Below are positions 10,981-21,215 of a stretch of 64,000 nucleotides of DNA, piece by piece. The notes beneath the pieces are model-generated. The model was not told where the DNA came from, did not search any database, and worked only from the letters and a program-made list of their open reading frames with translations. This DNA comes from Candidatus Latescibacterota bacterium (GTDB lineage Bacteria > Latescibacterota > UBA2968 > GCA-2709665). Numbering within the stretch: position 1 is the stretch's first letter; every line of letters starts with the position of its first letter. Location of the stretch: the NCBI GenBank assembly GCA_965219455.1, contig OZ244744.1, forward strand, positions 1,216,001 to 1,280,000. The letters run 5' to 3'. A program made the position numbers and the translations under genes.

Positions 10981-11397
10981 GTGAGTCGTTCAATCCCGCC
11001 ACGGAATGGAACCACCTTGTCCAATCAGATACACGAAATACTGGACCTCAGCATCGAATGCCTTCAGTCCCGAAAAGGCGAAGACCTTCTTCTGATCGAT
11101 CTGCGCACGATCTCCGACGTCGCGGATTTCTTTCTCATCTGCACGGGCAATTCGGACGTACACGTCAAAGCCCTCGCAGACGGGTTGCAGGAAGGCACGA
11201 AAGCGGCGGGCCACCGGCCGTGGCATATTGAGGGCCAGGAATCACGCACGTGGATTCTGTTCGACTATATCGACGTGATCGTACACATCTTCCAGCCAAA
11301 GGCGCGGGCATTCTACCGCCTCGAACGCCTCTGGGGCGACGCCCCATCGGAACGGATCGAAGAAGATCCCTCACTCGCGGAAACATCTTCTCTTTGA
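10981..11397 (+). CDS. rsfS: Ribosome silencing factor RsfS (Iojap)
   Basis: DFFLICTG, WILFDYIDVIVHIF and FYRLERLWGDAP. Start codon uncertain. Confidence 0.93.
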   Translation: MSRSIPPRNGTTLSNQIHEILDLSIECLQSRKGEDLLLIDLRTISDVADFFLICTGNSDVHVKALADGLQEGTKAAGHRPWHIEGQESRTWILFDYIDVIVHIFQPKARAFYRLERLWGDAPSERIEEDPSLAETSSL

Positions 11398-11451
11398 AGG
11401 CCGTGCGGATCATCTTTAGAAGCTGTCTTAAACACCTGACGGACCTGACCG

Positions 11452-12495
11452 ATGCCCGTTCCAACCATCACCTGGGAAAACGACTCCCTTCGGCTGATCG
11501 ATCAGACATTTCTTCCTGAACGTTATGTTCGGATCGACTGCGGAGACGTGGAAGCCGTTGCCGAAGCCATTGAGAGCCTTCGGGTCCGGGGCGCCCCGGC
11601 CATCGGCGTGGCCGCGGCGTACGGCGTCGTTGTCGGCGCCGGGGAAGCCCTGGCCTCTGGAGCCGATATCGTTTCCGGGGCAAGGGAGGCAATCGCGAGA
11701 CTTTCCCGCACCCGGCCCACGGCGGTAAACCTCTTCTGGGCACTCGAGCGGATGGGCAGACGGCTCGACGAAGTCGCCCACCAACAAGCCGCCACGGCGA
11801 TTCGAGATCGGCTGCTGCAGGAAGCGCACGAAATCTTCGAGGAAGACCGGAGAGTCTGCCGGCAGATCGGAAAGAACGGCGCCGAACTGCTCAATCACAA
11901 TGCCACCGTACTCACCCATTGCAACGCGGGTGCCCTGGCTACCGCAGATTACGGTACGGCGCTGGCCGTAGTATATGCAGCCGTCGAAGCCGGGAAACAG
12001 GTCGCCGTCTTTGCCGATGAAACCCGCCCCCTGCTGCAGGGGTCGCGGCTCACGGCGTGGGAACTCCGGCAAAGCGGGGTCGACGTTACGGTGATCTGCG
12101 ACAGCATGGCGGCGTCGGTCCTGAGGCAGAAGAACATCGACAGCGTCATCGTAGGCGCCGACCGCATTGCCGCCAACGGCGACGTGGCCAACAAAATCGG
12201 CACCTACGGGCTGGCCATCCTGGCAAGGGAACACAACGTTCCCCTCTACGTCGCGGCCCCGCTTTCCACCATCGACATGTCCCTCTCCCGCGGGGAGGAA
12301 ATTCCCATCGAAGAACGCGGTCCGGAAGAAATCACCCGCGGCATGGGCAGGCAAACCGCCCCGGGAGGCGTCAACGTTTACAATCCGGCCTTCGACGTCA
12401 CGCCCCAGCGGCTGGTCTCGGCCATCGTCACGGAGAAGGGCGTGGCGCAATCGCCCTACGGACCCACCTTCCGCGCCTGGTTCCAGGCCGAGTAA
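11452..12495 (+). CDS. mtnA: S-methyl-5-thioribose-1-phosphate isomerase
   Basis: VRGAPAIG, RPTAVNL, THCNAGALAT, ETRPLLQGSRLT, ANKIGTY and NPAFDVTP. Confidence 0.95.
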   Translation: MPVPTITWENDSLRLIDQTFLPERYVRIDCGDVEAVAEAIESLRVRGAPAIGVAAAYGVVVGAGEALASGADIVSGAREAIARLSRTRPTAVNLFWALERMGRRLDEVAHQQAATAIRDRLLQEAHEIFEEDRRVCRQIGKNGAELLNHNATVLTHCNAGALATADYGTALAVVYAAVEAGKQVAVFADETRPLLQGSRLTAWELRQSGVDVTVICDSMAASVLRQKNIDSVIVGADRIAANGDVANKIGTYGLAILAREHNVPLYVAAPLSTIDMSLSRGEEIPIEERGPEEITRGMGRQTAPGGVNVYNPAFDVTPQRLVSAIVTEKGVAQSPYGPTFRAWFQAE

Positions 12496-12654
12496 TTCAT
12501 CGATGTAAACACACCGGGAATCGGTATACCCTGGTTGTCAATCGTTCCCGCTTCGCTCCGGTGACCCCTCCCCGACGCCTGGAAGCAGCACGAGCGGCTT
12601 TCAGTAATCAGCCCTTAGCTTGATGCAAAAAAGCCGATAATCAACATCCACATC

Positions 12655-13346
12655 TCCCCAAATTCCCTGCCTACGGCGTGTTCCTTTTGAAGCGACCAAA
12701 AGGAACCAAAAGTCGCCGCCAGGCGCGGGGCCTGCCATATGCACAGCGCGAATCGCCTTACAGGCTGTACAGGATCCGCTGCCCTTCCATCCACGGCGTA
12801 ATTCGGCGTCCTCAGTGGGACGGATCAGCGCGCTCTGCTCTGTTAGTGCTCCGGCTGGGCATCGTGACAGACAGCTGTGGGGCTATTTGAGTACAAACAG
12901 CAAATAGCGGTCAGTTAAAGCCGGTTGGCGAAGACGCACGGCAGTGGGTTTTTGTAGGGGCGACCGGCCGGTCGCCCCTACCTATACAGTGCGCCAATAC
13001 CAAGGCATCCACGAGGGTTACGCCAGCAATAATCGACCACGGCGCAGCGAAGGCAAGATGCCCTTGCTGTTCTGGGTTGCAGGAATCAACCTTCAGCGGC
13101 ACAGCGGTAGATCTACCCAACGGTCTTTGTGGTAGGCCGTAACCGCCGTCCGGTGGTGATGGGGGTTTTTCCGCGTAGATCCGTTCAGCAAGGGCGTTCT
13201 AGAAGGCCTGCATCGTCAGCAGGGTACCAAGGTTCGTCTGTGCCACTGAGGTGATTTGCGGAAAAACCGGCCCCGCGCCGAGCGGCGCCCTTCTTTTTCG
13301 CCCTTTTTCTTGGGCGATGCAAGAAAAAGGGCAAGGGAATAGGGGA
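12655..13346. mobile_element. About 690-bp non-coding element with long imperfect inverted arms and subterminal hairpins
   Basis: Each arm has TCCCC..ATTCCCT, then a hairpin (GTTCCTTTTG/CAAAAGGAAC; GCCCTTTTTCTTG/CAAGAAAAAGGGC), then CGCCGC..GGCGCGGGGCC, then CCTCAGTGG.AC.GA, in inverted orientation. Confidence 0.5.
12954..12981. repeat. GTAG-type REP palindrome
   Basis: Perfect palindrome GTAGGGGCGACCGGCCGGTCGCCCCTAC; near-identical copy at 19022. Confidence 0.75.
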
Positions 13347-13395
13347 CGTTAGGGAGTGGTGGAACTTATACCTCACAGGTAGCGAAACACTGGCA

Positions 13396-13530
13396 TTTCG
13401 ACAAGCTTGCTTCGACAGGCCACTTCGACAAGCTCAGTGCAGGCAGCACAGGCAACGACCACGTTTCGGTAGGCGCGTTTTGACAGGCAGACAGGAAAGA
13501 ATGGTGACATAATTCCGGTACTGGGCGCTA
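13396..13530. repeat. Partial MITE copy with TTCGACA(A/G)GC units
   Basis: Shares TCGACAAGCTTGCTTCGACAGGC and GAATGGTGACATA with the element at 42794-43058. Confidence 0.5.
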
Positions 13531-14895
13531 CCGCCACAGGTTAACACCCTCGCAACCGAAGGCCGGCAGCAACACAAAATGATCCCCGGTCTCAACCAGG
13601 CGTTCTCTGAGAGGCCTGTGGTGCCGCGCAATCTCGTCCTGGAAGTCCGGGTGATCGATCAGATTCCGGCGTTCATACGGATCGGCGTCCAGATCAAAAA
13701 ACTGCCATGCGCCCGCGCCCATTTTATCTCCCCGGACGGTATACTTGCAGCGCCGGCTGCGAAACGCGCGCCACACCCACTGGTTGAACGCCATCCCCTT
13801 GCGGAGTTCGGCCACGAATTCCAGCAGAACGCCTTCACGATCCAGCGTGTCGATCTCACCGTGTATCAACGCCGACAGATCCGTCCCCATCAGATGCTCT
13901 CCGGGCGCCAGCCCCGCCAGACCCAGTAGCGTGGGGAAGAAATCCTCCGTGCAGATCGGATCCTCGATCGCCGCGCCCGCCCGGGACGTGAACCGGGGGT
14001 CGTAGACGATCGCCGGAACGCCTACCGACTCCTCGTACGGCCACTGCTTCCCTCTCAAACCGTGGCTGCCGCCCAGTTCGCCATGATCCGACACGAACAT
14101 CACCACGGTATTCTCCGCCAGCCCCTGCGCCTCCAGAAAGTCCGTCATCCGCTTCACGTTGGCGTCGAGATTCTCCACCATCGCGTAATAACGCTTTCGA
14201 TCCAGCACCAATGCCTCGCGCTTCGCGTCGTCGGGCGCCTCGAAATTGGGCGGCATTTCAATCTCCCTGGCTTCCCACGCCGCCTGGATATCGGGCGGCG
14301 CTTCGAACGGATCGTGCGGGGGCTCGACCGAAATTACCATACAGAACGGCCTGGACGGATCCCGTTCGCCGGCGAGGTAGTCCATTCCGATATCGTACAA
14401 CCCGTCTGTCTGGTAGCCCTGGATAGGCCTCGGCACCGGATCGTCGTCCTCGAAATAATACGTGTCGAAGGGCGCGTTCCTGAGCTCGAATCCGAACCAC
14501 TTCTCCCAGCGGCCCTGATACGCCCGGGGTACCGGTGTACGGCCGCATTCAAGCGCGGAACCCATCCTCCCGTGACCGCCGTCCAGGTGCCACTTGCCCA
14601 CGTAGACCGTTTCGTACCCTGCCTCGTTGAACGCGTCGGCCAACGTGTATTCGGCGGGTGACATACGGTACTCAATGCCAGGGACCTTTCGGCTGTGCGC
14701 ATACTCCCCGGTCATGAACGTAAAACGGAACGGCACGCATATCGGATAGGTTGAACAGGCGTTTGAGAATCTGACGCCCCTGGTTGCCAGCGCGTCGATA
14801 TGCGGCGTCTGCAGGTTCACGTCGCCGTGAATCGAAAGCGCATCGCGACGAAGCTGATCGCACATCAGTACCAGAATATTGGGCTTTTCGGACAT
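13528..14895 (-). CDS. Sulfatase (formylglycine-dependent S1 family)
   Basis: KPNILVLMCDQ, CVPFR (CxPxR), GKWHL and SDHG motifs. Confidence 0.93.
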   Translation of the reverse strand: MSEKPNILVLMCDQLRRDALSIHGDVNLQTPHIDALATRGVRFSNACSTYPICVPFRFTFMTGEYAHSRKVPGIEYRMSPAEYTLADAFNEAGYETVYVGKWHLDGGHGRMGSALECGRTPVPRAYQGRWEKWFGFELRNAPFDTYYFEDDDPVPRPIQGYQTDGLYDIGMDYLAGERDPSRPFCMVISVEPPHDPFEAPPDIQAAWEAREIEMPPNFEAPDDAKREALVLDRKRYYAMVENLDANVKRMTDFLEAQGLAENTVVMFVSDHGELGGSHGLRGKQWPYEESVGVPAIVYDPRFTSRAGAAIEDPICTEDFFPTLLGLAGLAPGEHLMGTDLSALIHGEIDTLDREGVLLEFVAELRKGMAFNQWVWRAFRSRRCKYTVRGDKMGAGAWQFFDLDADPYERRNLIDHPDFQDEIARHHRPLRERLVETGDHFVLLPAFGCEGVNLWR

Positions 14896-15001
14896 CACGA
14901 CGCCTTTCCAACAATTGCGGATCACACCGCCGACGCAGCCACGCCCCCGATACGTTCGTTCCAGGTCCGCCCGGCAAACGGCCTCCGGCTGCGCATTGAA
15001 A

Positions 15002-15976
15002 TCACCCGCCGGCCCCCCTGTATTCCGGATTCACCAGGTTCTCGGGATCATCTCCCTGCAGGACCCTGCAGGTCTCCACAGCAGCACGTTCCCTCAGTTC
15101 GATCAGGGATTCTGCCGAATAAAACGCCGCATGTGGCGTATGGATCACCTGGGGCATCCCGATAAGCCGGTCGCCCGCGCCCGGCGGCTCCTTTGCACGG
15201 ACATCCAGGGCGGCCCCCGCGATCTCGTCCGCCGCCAGCGCGTCCGCCAACGCGGTCTCGTCCACAATATCGCCTCGCGACGTATTAATCAGACAGGCCG
15301 TGGGTTTCATCTTTCGCAGGGCGTCCGCGTCGATCAGTCCCCGCGTCGTTTCCGAGGAAGGACAATGGATCGAAACATAATCCGCGGTCTCCAACAACAC
15401 ATCCAGCGTCACGGCCTCGACGCCTCCGGCCGCCGTGGTCCCGGGCGTCAGTGACGGGGCGGTCGTCAGAACGCGAAGCCCGAATGCCGCCGCGCGGTCC
15501 GCGACCTCCCGGGCGATGCGTCCGAAACCGATCAGCCCCAGCGTCCGCCCGGTCAGGCGATTCAGCGGCAAACAGGCCTGGATATCCCAAACATCCCCGC
15601 GAACCGTCCGGTCAAATCTCGCCACCTTGCGCGAAAGCGCCAACAACAGCGCCATCGCATGCTCCGCCACGTCCACCATACAATAGTCCGGCACGTATGC
15701 CACCGGTATCTTCTGCGCGGTTGCGTAGGCCACGTCTATATTGTCCAACCCCACCCCGTAACGCGTCACCACCTTCAGATCCGGCAGCGCGGCCTGAATG
15801 ACCCGCCTCGTGGTCTGGGCCCAGCAGGTCATAATGCCACTGACGCCCGCTGCCAGCCGCGCCAGCGTCTCTTCGTTTCCATCCGGCGCGGCCACCAGCT
15901 CGACCCCGATCTCTTCCAGGACGTTTTTTTCCACAGCGAGGTCGGCCCACGCATAGTCCGTTACCAGGACCCGCAT
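15002..15976 (-). CDS. D-isomer 2-hydroxyacid dehydrogenase (CtBP-like)
   Basis: RYGVGLDNID, GLIGFGRIA, INTSRG and TPHAAFYS. Confidence 0.92.
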   Translation of the reverse strand: MRVLVTDYAWADLAVEKNVLEEIGVELVAAPDGNEETLARLAAGVSGIMTCWAQTTRRVIQAALPDLKVVTRYGVGLDNIDVAYATAQKIPVAYVPDYCMVDVAEHAMALLLALSRKVARFDRTVRGDVWDIQACLPLNRLTGRTLGLIGFGRIAREVADRAAAFGLRVLTTAPSLTPGTTAAGGVEAVTLDVLLETADYVSIHCPSSETTRGLIDADALRKMKPTACLINTSRGDIVDETALADALAADEIAGAALDVRAKEPPGAGDRLIGMPQVIHTPHAAFYSAESLIELRERAAVETCRVLQGDDPENLVNPEYRGAGG

Positions 15977-17361
15977 CAAAATACCCCCGATTGGTTCCCA
16001 GAGAGGCGCGAACCACCACCGACTCCGCAAAATCGATGTACGATATCGCACAGCACCCGTGTGCCGAACCACAGGTTCTCCACCGAGGTGCGTTCGTCAT
16101 GCCCGTGAATCAGATTCCATTCCTCTTCTCCCGGGGCGCCCCTGAAGGGCATAAAACCGTACACCTGGGTTTCCGGCCGGCGCGGACAGATGTGTTTCGC
16201 ATCCGTTCCCCCCGTGGATAGTGACGGTACCACACGCGCCCCGGGGTCGTGATCCGCCATCACCTCCACAATGGTCCGGTACAGCGGAGAGTCGATCCCG
16301 GCCTCCAGCGGCGGAGTGTACTGGTCCACCTCGATACGAACATCGTCTCCTATCAGCGGCCGGATCTCCTCGAAGAAGCTCGTATCGGTCTGCCCGGGCG
16401 CAAGCCTGCCGTCGACCCACGCCGTCGCCTCGGTGGGGATCACGTTGATCTTCTGCCCGGCCTGCAGCATGGTCACGGAAGCGGTGTTTCGCAGCAACGC
16501 GCGCAGGTTCGACACGATCTCGGGCGCCACCGGAAGCGATCCGAGCGCCGACTCGCTGCACGAAGGATCCAGGACTCGTCGCAGCAGGTCCGCCGTGCAG
16601 GAATCCTGGGTTTCCGCAATTCCGTCCAGGAAAGCGCGAACGGTCCCGGAGGGATGCATCGGCAACACGACCCGTCCCAGGGCTGCGACCGCTTCCGAAA
16701 GCCTCACCAGGGCATTCTCGGGGTGCGGCCTGGATCCATGGCCGGGTTGCCCACGGGCCACCATCCGAAATCTGCAGATCCCCTTCTGCCCCGTCTGGCA
16801 CGTATAGAACCGGGCGTCACCCACCCGAAAGTCCGCACCGCCGCCCTCCGTCAGCACAAACGGCGCGTCCACCTGCTCCGGATGGTTGTCCAGCAGCCAG
16901 CCGATGCCATGGACCCCCTTGCCCGCCTCTTCATCGGCCGTGGCGGCGAAAATCACATCCCGCTTCAAATTGATCCGGTGTCGCTTCAACAGCAGAAACA
17001 CCATCAGTTCGGCCGCCACCATATTTTTCATATCCAGCGCGCCGCGTCCCCAGACGTACCCGTCGTGGAACTCTCCGCCGAACGGAGGATGCCGCCATCT
17101 TTCGGGTTCAACCGCCACCACGTCCGTGTGTCCCAGCAGCACGAGCGGCCCGCCGCCGCCGGCCAACCGAGCGGTAACGTTGCCCCGCCCCGGCCGCGAC
17201 TCGGTCACCTGAGGATCGAAACCCTCTCTCCGCAACACCCCGGCAAGGTACTCCGCCGCGAGTATCTCGTTTCCGGGCGGATTGGTCGTGTCCAGGCGGA
17301 TCAGATCCTGAAGATATCCCGTCACCTCCTCACGGACCGCATTCCAGTCGATTGGTTCCAA
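15976..17361 (-). CDS. M20 family metallopeptidase/deacylase
   Basis: GHTDVV, WGRGALDMK, DEEAG and HGHDER; TTG start with a GGAGG RBS. Confidence 0.9.
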   Translation of the reverse strand: MEPIDWNAVREEVTGYLQDLIRLDTTNPPGNEILAAEYLAGVLRREGFDPQVTESRPGRGNVTARLAGGGGPLVLLGHTDVVAVEPERWRHPPFGGEFHDGYVWGRGALDMKNMVAAELMVFLLLKRHRINLKRDVIFAATADEEAGKGVHGIGWLLDNHPEQVDAPFVLTEGGGADFRVGDARFYTCQTGQKGICRFRMVARGQPGHGSRPHPENALVRLSEAVAALGRVVLPMHPSGTVRAFLDGIAETQDSCTADLLRRVLDPSCSESALGSLPVAPEIVSNLRALLRNTASVTMLQAGQKINVIPTEATAWVDGRLAPGQTDTSFFEEIRPLIGDDVRIEVDQYTPPLEAGIDSPLYRTIVEVMADHDPGARVVPSLSTGGTDAKHICPRRPETQVYGFMPFRGAPGEEEWNLIHGHDERTSVENLWFGTRVLCDIVHRFCGVGGGSRLSGNQSGVF

Positions 17362-17491
17362 ACCTGTCCTCCGGGAAAACGGGGATTCGTCCGCATTCCA
17401 GCTTAAGGGCCGTCAAGGGCCGCAATTTTATACGTGGTGCCTCACCCAATTGCCGCCAGGCGTGCACGCGGCGTTCTCCGGCCGAGGATCC

Positions 17492-18943
17492 TCAGAGATC
17501 CAGAGATGCCGGCGACCAATCCTCCAGAGGCGTAAACCTCGTGGTATCCAGATCGAAGCCGTACCCGAATGGCGCATCCACGACGCTTCCGATATTCAGC
17601 CGTCCGCCCTTCACGTCCAACGTTGGAAACCCCGCTTCGTGACGGCGGTAAAGCGTGCCGTGATGCTGGAGAACCGTCGACTGTACGTCTTGGGGATACA
17701 TGCTCAGCCCGGTGAAATAGTGATGACCGTTGCGCTCCGTATGGCCCACCCCCAGACATGCCGCCACCGCCAGGTCCTGCAGCAGCGCGACGGGGCCGAC
17801 ATTTCCCAGATCCTCGCTGCTTAAAACGTACTTCCGGCCGGGGTCCTTCTGCCGTCTGTCTGCGATGAGACAGGCGCTGGCGACGCCTTTGAAGATTCCC
17901 TTGCAGTTCTTGTGGCTGGTTCCGGCATATCCCAGTTCCAGCGCCTGCGCAGCGCTGGTCAGCGTCCCGTCCGACTCATCGATGATCATCGGCGGGCGGC
18001 TCGTCCAGTCCCGCAGCGCGGCGCCCACGCCCTCGCCCAGGGCGACGTCACGCCTCAACGGCTGCTCCACAAACAACAGCCGACCCATGAACCGATCGAG
18101 CGACGGATCCGCCGTAACCGCCTCCCACAACGCCCGGAACGGATCGATTTCAGTGTATTGCTCGTTCCCATCCAGCGTAAACGCGTAGTCGGATCCGGAA
18201 TACCGTTCCATCAATCCGGCGATATGTTTCAACCGGTCCGCGTCCTGAGCTGCATCGCCGCACAACTTGATCTTCAAATGCGTCAGACCGTACGCCTGTA
18301 TACTGGCTTCGAGAGATTGCGGCAGCCCGTCGTCCACACGTTCTTCCCCGGAGATATCCGCGTCCGTCAGGGGATCGGTTAACCCTACGGTATGCCGGGC
18401 CAGAATCGACCGGCTCGCCCGTTCGGGCAGCAGCGCCGCGGGATCGACCCCATTCAGATCGTGGTGTATCTCACCCAGCCGAATGCCGAACGTATTCTCT
18501 CGCAGCGCACCCTCGAACACGGCCCCGGTTGCCCGGCAGAACGCGTCGATCAAAGCCCGCTCCACCAGGCTCACACCGAAACCCCACAGCAGTGGCGGAT
18601 AGGCACCGGATGCCGCCCATTCCTCCTGACCGTTGTAGATTTCCCGCCAGAATCCATAGACCGTCTCCGCCGGACCCGCGGCCAGAGCCAGACGGCACGC
18701 CTGCCGGATCACCGCCAGCATTTCTTCCAGGTCGTCCTCGAAAGACGCCTCCGGGTTCTTCGTAAACCACTTGGGGGGCAGCCCATCCGCCGCGAGCCCG
18801 ACCTCCCGGCGTCCGCCTGTCTCCGTGGTCACCCGGACGAACAGATGGGGCACGGCAACGAGGGACGCGATCCCATACCGGAACGGCATTCGCGCTTTCA
18901 TATTCAAGACGTTCAAATCGATATCTTTTATTACGATTGACAT
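17492..18943 (-). CDS. Enolase-superfamily-like protein
   Basis: LKIKL, TLDGNEQ, FVEQP and IIDES acidic metal-ligand pattern. Confidence 0.65.
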   Translation of the reverse strand: MSIVIKDIDLNVLNMKARMPFRYGIASLVAVPHLFVRVTTETGGRREVGLAADGLPPKWFTKNPEASFEDDLEEMLAVIRQACRLALAAGPAETVYGFWREIYNGQEEWAASGAYPPLLWGFGVSLVERALIDAFCRATGAVFEGALRENTFGIRLGEIHHDLNGVDPAALLPERASRSILARHTVGLTDPLTDADISGEERVDDGLPQSLEASIQAYGLTHLKIKLCGDAAQDADRLKHIAGLMERYSGSDYAFTLDGNEQYTEIDPFRALWEAVTADPSLDRFMGRLLFVEQPLRRDVALGEGVGAALRDWTSRPPMIIDESDGTLTSAAQALELGYAGTSHKNCKGIFKGVASACLIADRRQKDPGRKYVLSSEDLGNVGPVALLQDLAVAACLGVGHTERNGHHYFTGLSMYPQDVQSTVLQHHGTLYRRHEAGFPTLDVKGGRLNIGSVVDAPFGYGFDLDTTRFTPLEDWSPASLDL

Positions 18944-18964
18944 CCGGATCCCAAAAAAAGTAAG

Positions 18965-18993
18965 ACGTGAGACGGAAGACGTGAGACGAAAAG
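18965..18993 (+). repeat. Heptamer tandem repeat
   Basis: AGACGTG AGACGGA AGACGTG AGACGAA. Confidence 0.5.
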
Positions 18994-19021
18994 AAACATC
19001 GCCAGCGACGTCATTCCTTTT

Positions 19022-19048
19022 GTAGGGGCGACCGGCCGGTCGCCCTAC
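19022..19048. repeat. GTAG-type REP palindrome overlapping a stop codon
   Basis: GTAGGGGCGACCGGCCGGTCGCCCTAC. Confidence 0.75.
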
Positions 19049-19881
19049 GCTTCATCCAGTCCGATTACGCGAACCGCGTTCCGATGCAGAATATCCTCCA
19101 GCGCTTCCGGATCGTCTACCATCCGTCTCAGAAACGGCAGACTCTTCGCCGCAAAACACCCCGGCGGATAGTCGGCACCCTGTCCGTCGGCGCAAGGGCA
19201 ATCGGTGGCAAACAGAAGCTTGCGCCGGTGGCGCATCAGAAAGTCCCTCCCAAACGCTTCGTCCCGGGTGAGCGCCCCCAGCCCGGACCCGGCGGACAGG
19301 TCCGCATAGACGTTTTCGTAGTCGGACAGCAACCGGTCCGCCAGTCCACCCGGAACCACCACCCCCCGGGGGTACAGTGTTTCCTCCGGCGGGGGCACTT
19401 CGGCACTGATATTGGCCCACCAGGACTGAGCGTGCCCGATGAACCTGATTTCCCGAAACTTGCGCACCAGCGTCTCCAGATGTTCGATCCCCTGGTTGTA
19501 ACCTCGACTGCCCTCCTGAAAATGCCACGTGACTGGCCAACGCATCTCGTTGCAGAACGCCAGCACGCGTTCCAGGCCCGGATGATCCAGCGGGACGTGC
19601 TGTTTCTGTTCTCCGTACCCCCTGAACACACCCAGTGCGGCGCGTCGTTCGAGTTCCGCAACCGCGTCTTTCCGTGTCACGTCCACGTGGCAGAAGGGAA
19701 TGACTCTGTCCGGGTACCGCTCATATGCCATAGCCACGGCGTCGGATAGCCACTCGTATTCGCGATCGCCTGTCTCTATCGGCAGGAACACCGCCTTTTC
19801 CGCGCCTATGCCCTCGATATGCCGGATCGTATTCTCCAGACTCCTGCCCTGATGTCCAATGTGCAGATGCGCATCAATCAT
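19045..19881 (-). CDS. Amidohydrolase family (Amidohydro_2) protein
   Basis: IDAHLH, FIGHAQ, YADLSAGSG and LLFATDCP. Confidence 0.88.
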   Translation of the reverse strand: MIDAHLHIGHQGRSLENTIRHIEGIGAEKAVFLPIETGDREYEWLSDAVAMAYERYPDRVIPFCHVDVTRKDAVAELERRAALGVFRGYGEQKQHVPLDHPGLERVLAFCNEMRWPVTWHFQEGSRGYNQGIEHLETLVRKFREIRFIGHAQSWWANISAEVPPPEETLYPRGVVVPGGLADRLLSDYENVYADLSAGSGLGALTRDEAFGRDFLMRHRRKLLFATDCPCADGQGADYPPGCFAAKSLPFLRRMVDDPEALEDILHRNAVRVIGLDEA

Positions 19882-20975
19882 CGGCTCAACACCTCCTTCA
19901 AGCGACGGCCCACAATCTCCTCCTCACTAGGCGCCAGCGTCATCGGATCCACGACGATTCCTTTCCCGCTTCGACGGATTATCACCGGAGGATCCCCTTC
20001 CCGCATAGCCCGAATCACCTCGGCGGCTTCACTCCCGGGGAGATCCACGTACGCCCTGGGGGTGAAATCGGGAGACGCCTGCTGGCCCTCCCCCAACAGG
20101 TACGCCACAGCGCCCGGTACTTCCGCCAGGGTCTCCACCACCCGCTTCGCCCGTCGATGCCAGGTCGTCCGGTCCTCCTCGTCGCTCCCCGCCAGAAACA
20201 GATCCACGGCCGCCAACAGCCCGAGGATCTCTTCCTTGCCCACTTTCATTCCACGCCCCACCGCGCTGAAGGGGCTGGCATTCAGACTGACCGCGTCCAC
20301 GTACTCCCTCTTTCCCAGAACCATCCCCGTGCATTGCGGCCCCCGCAGACCCTTGCCTCCGCTGAAGACCACCAGGGTCGCGCCGATGTCTACAATCTCC
20401 GTCAAATTCGTTCTGGGCGGAAGCTGGGCCGCGGCGTCGACCACCACCGGGACCCCCATGCTGTCCGCCCCGGCAATCACCTCTTCGAGCTGGGCCTTGC
20501 TCTGCGTTCCCAGGAAATGGACCACGGCCGCCGTCCGTTCCGTGATCCCGCCCAGAATGTCGCTGGCCGTCACGTCCGTCCTGCTGCCCACCCGCACCAG
20601 TTTTCCTCCACAGATCTCGATCCCCTGATGGATGTACGTATGGGAGTCCACGAGACTGACAACGAACTCGTTCCGCCAGCCTTCCGTATGCGGCAGCGAC
20701 CGGACCCTCTCCGCGTCCGTACCCGTCAGACACGCCGCCGCCGAAAGCTGTACGCCGCTTGCCGCGCCACAGGATACGAATGCCGCCTCGACACCGATTT
20801 TTCCGGCCAGGTATTCGCCCGCCCTTTCGTTCAACTTCGGAAGATCCACGAACGCCCCAGCCGCTTCCCGCATGGCCTCCAGCACTTCGGAAGGCATCAG
20901 ACTGCCGCCGAGGGTTGTAATCGTTCCACTGGCGTTGATGAACGGTCTTACACCCAGTTCCTGGTAGTTGATCAT
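19878..20975 (-). CDS. SelA-like/DgaE-type PLP-dependent enzyme
   Basis: INASGTITTLGGS, VDAAAQ, FSGGKGLRGPQ and GRGMKVGKEE. Confidence 0.85.
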   Translation of the reverse strand: MINYQELGVRPFINASGTITTLGGSLMPSEVLEAMREAAGAFVDLPKLNERAGEYLAGKIGVEAAFVSCGAASGVQLSAAACLTGTDAERVRSLPHTEGWRNEFVVSLVDSHTYIHQGIEICGGKLVRVGSRTDVTASDILGGITERTAAVVHFLGTQSKAQLEEVIAGADSMGVPVVVDAAAQLPPRTNLTEIVDIGATLVVFSGGKGLRGPQCTGMVLGKREYVDAVSLNASPFSAVGRGMKVGKEEILGLLAAVDLFLAGSDEEDRTTWHRRAKRVVETLAEVPGAVAYLLGEGQQASPDFTPRAYVDLPGSEAAEVIRAMREGDPPVIIRRSGKGIVVDPMTLAPSEEEIVGRRLKEVLSR

Positions 20976-20986
20976 ATTCTCCTCCG

Positions 20987-21136
20987 GTGTTCTGTCCCGA
21001 AAATAGATTGCCAAAATTCGGCCGCCGAGTCGCCCGGCTGGCAAGGCGCCTGAGCGAGGCGACCTGGGCAAGGTCGGCGAGCGAGGGCAACGCAGCCAGA
21101 CGGGATGAATGGTAGCATATTTCCGGGACGGGACAC
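20987..21136. mobile_element. 150-bp MITE-like element
   Basis: Imperfect 19-bp terminal inverted repeats GTGTTCTGTCCCGAAAATA / TATTTCCGGGACGGGACAC; homologous to 42794-43058. Confidence 0.7.
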
Positions 21137-21215
21137 GAGTATTGATGGTGTAAAACGCAACATCCCCGGGGCACGGCGCCCGACGTGGAGGGCCCTGGAC
21201 AGAATGTCCGATCCC

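Noticed and set aside
19878-20975. True selenocysteine synthase selA
   Set aside because: About 365 aa with GRGMKVGKEE, in a catabolic context and with no selB nearby; fits SelA-like/DgaE enzymes better.
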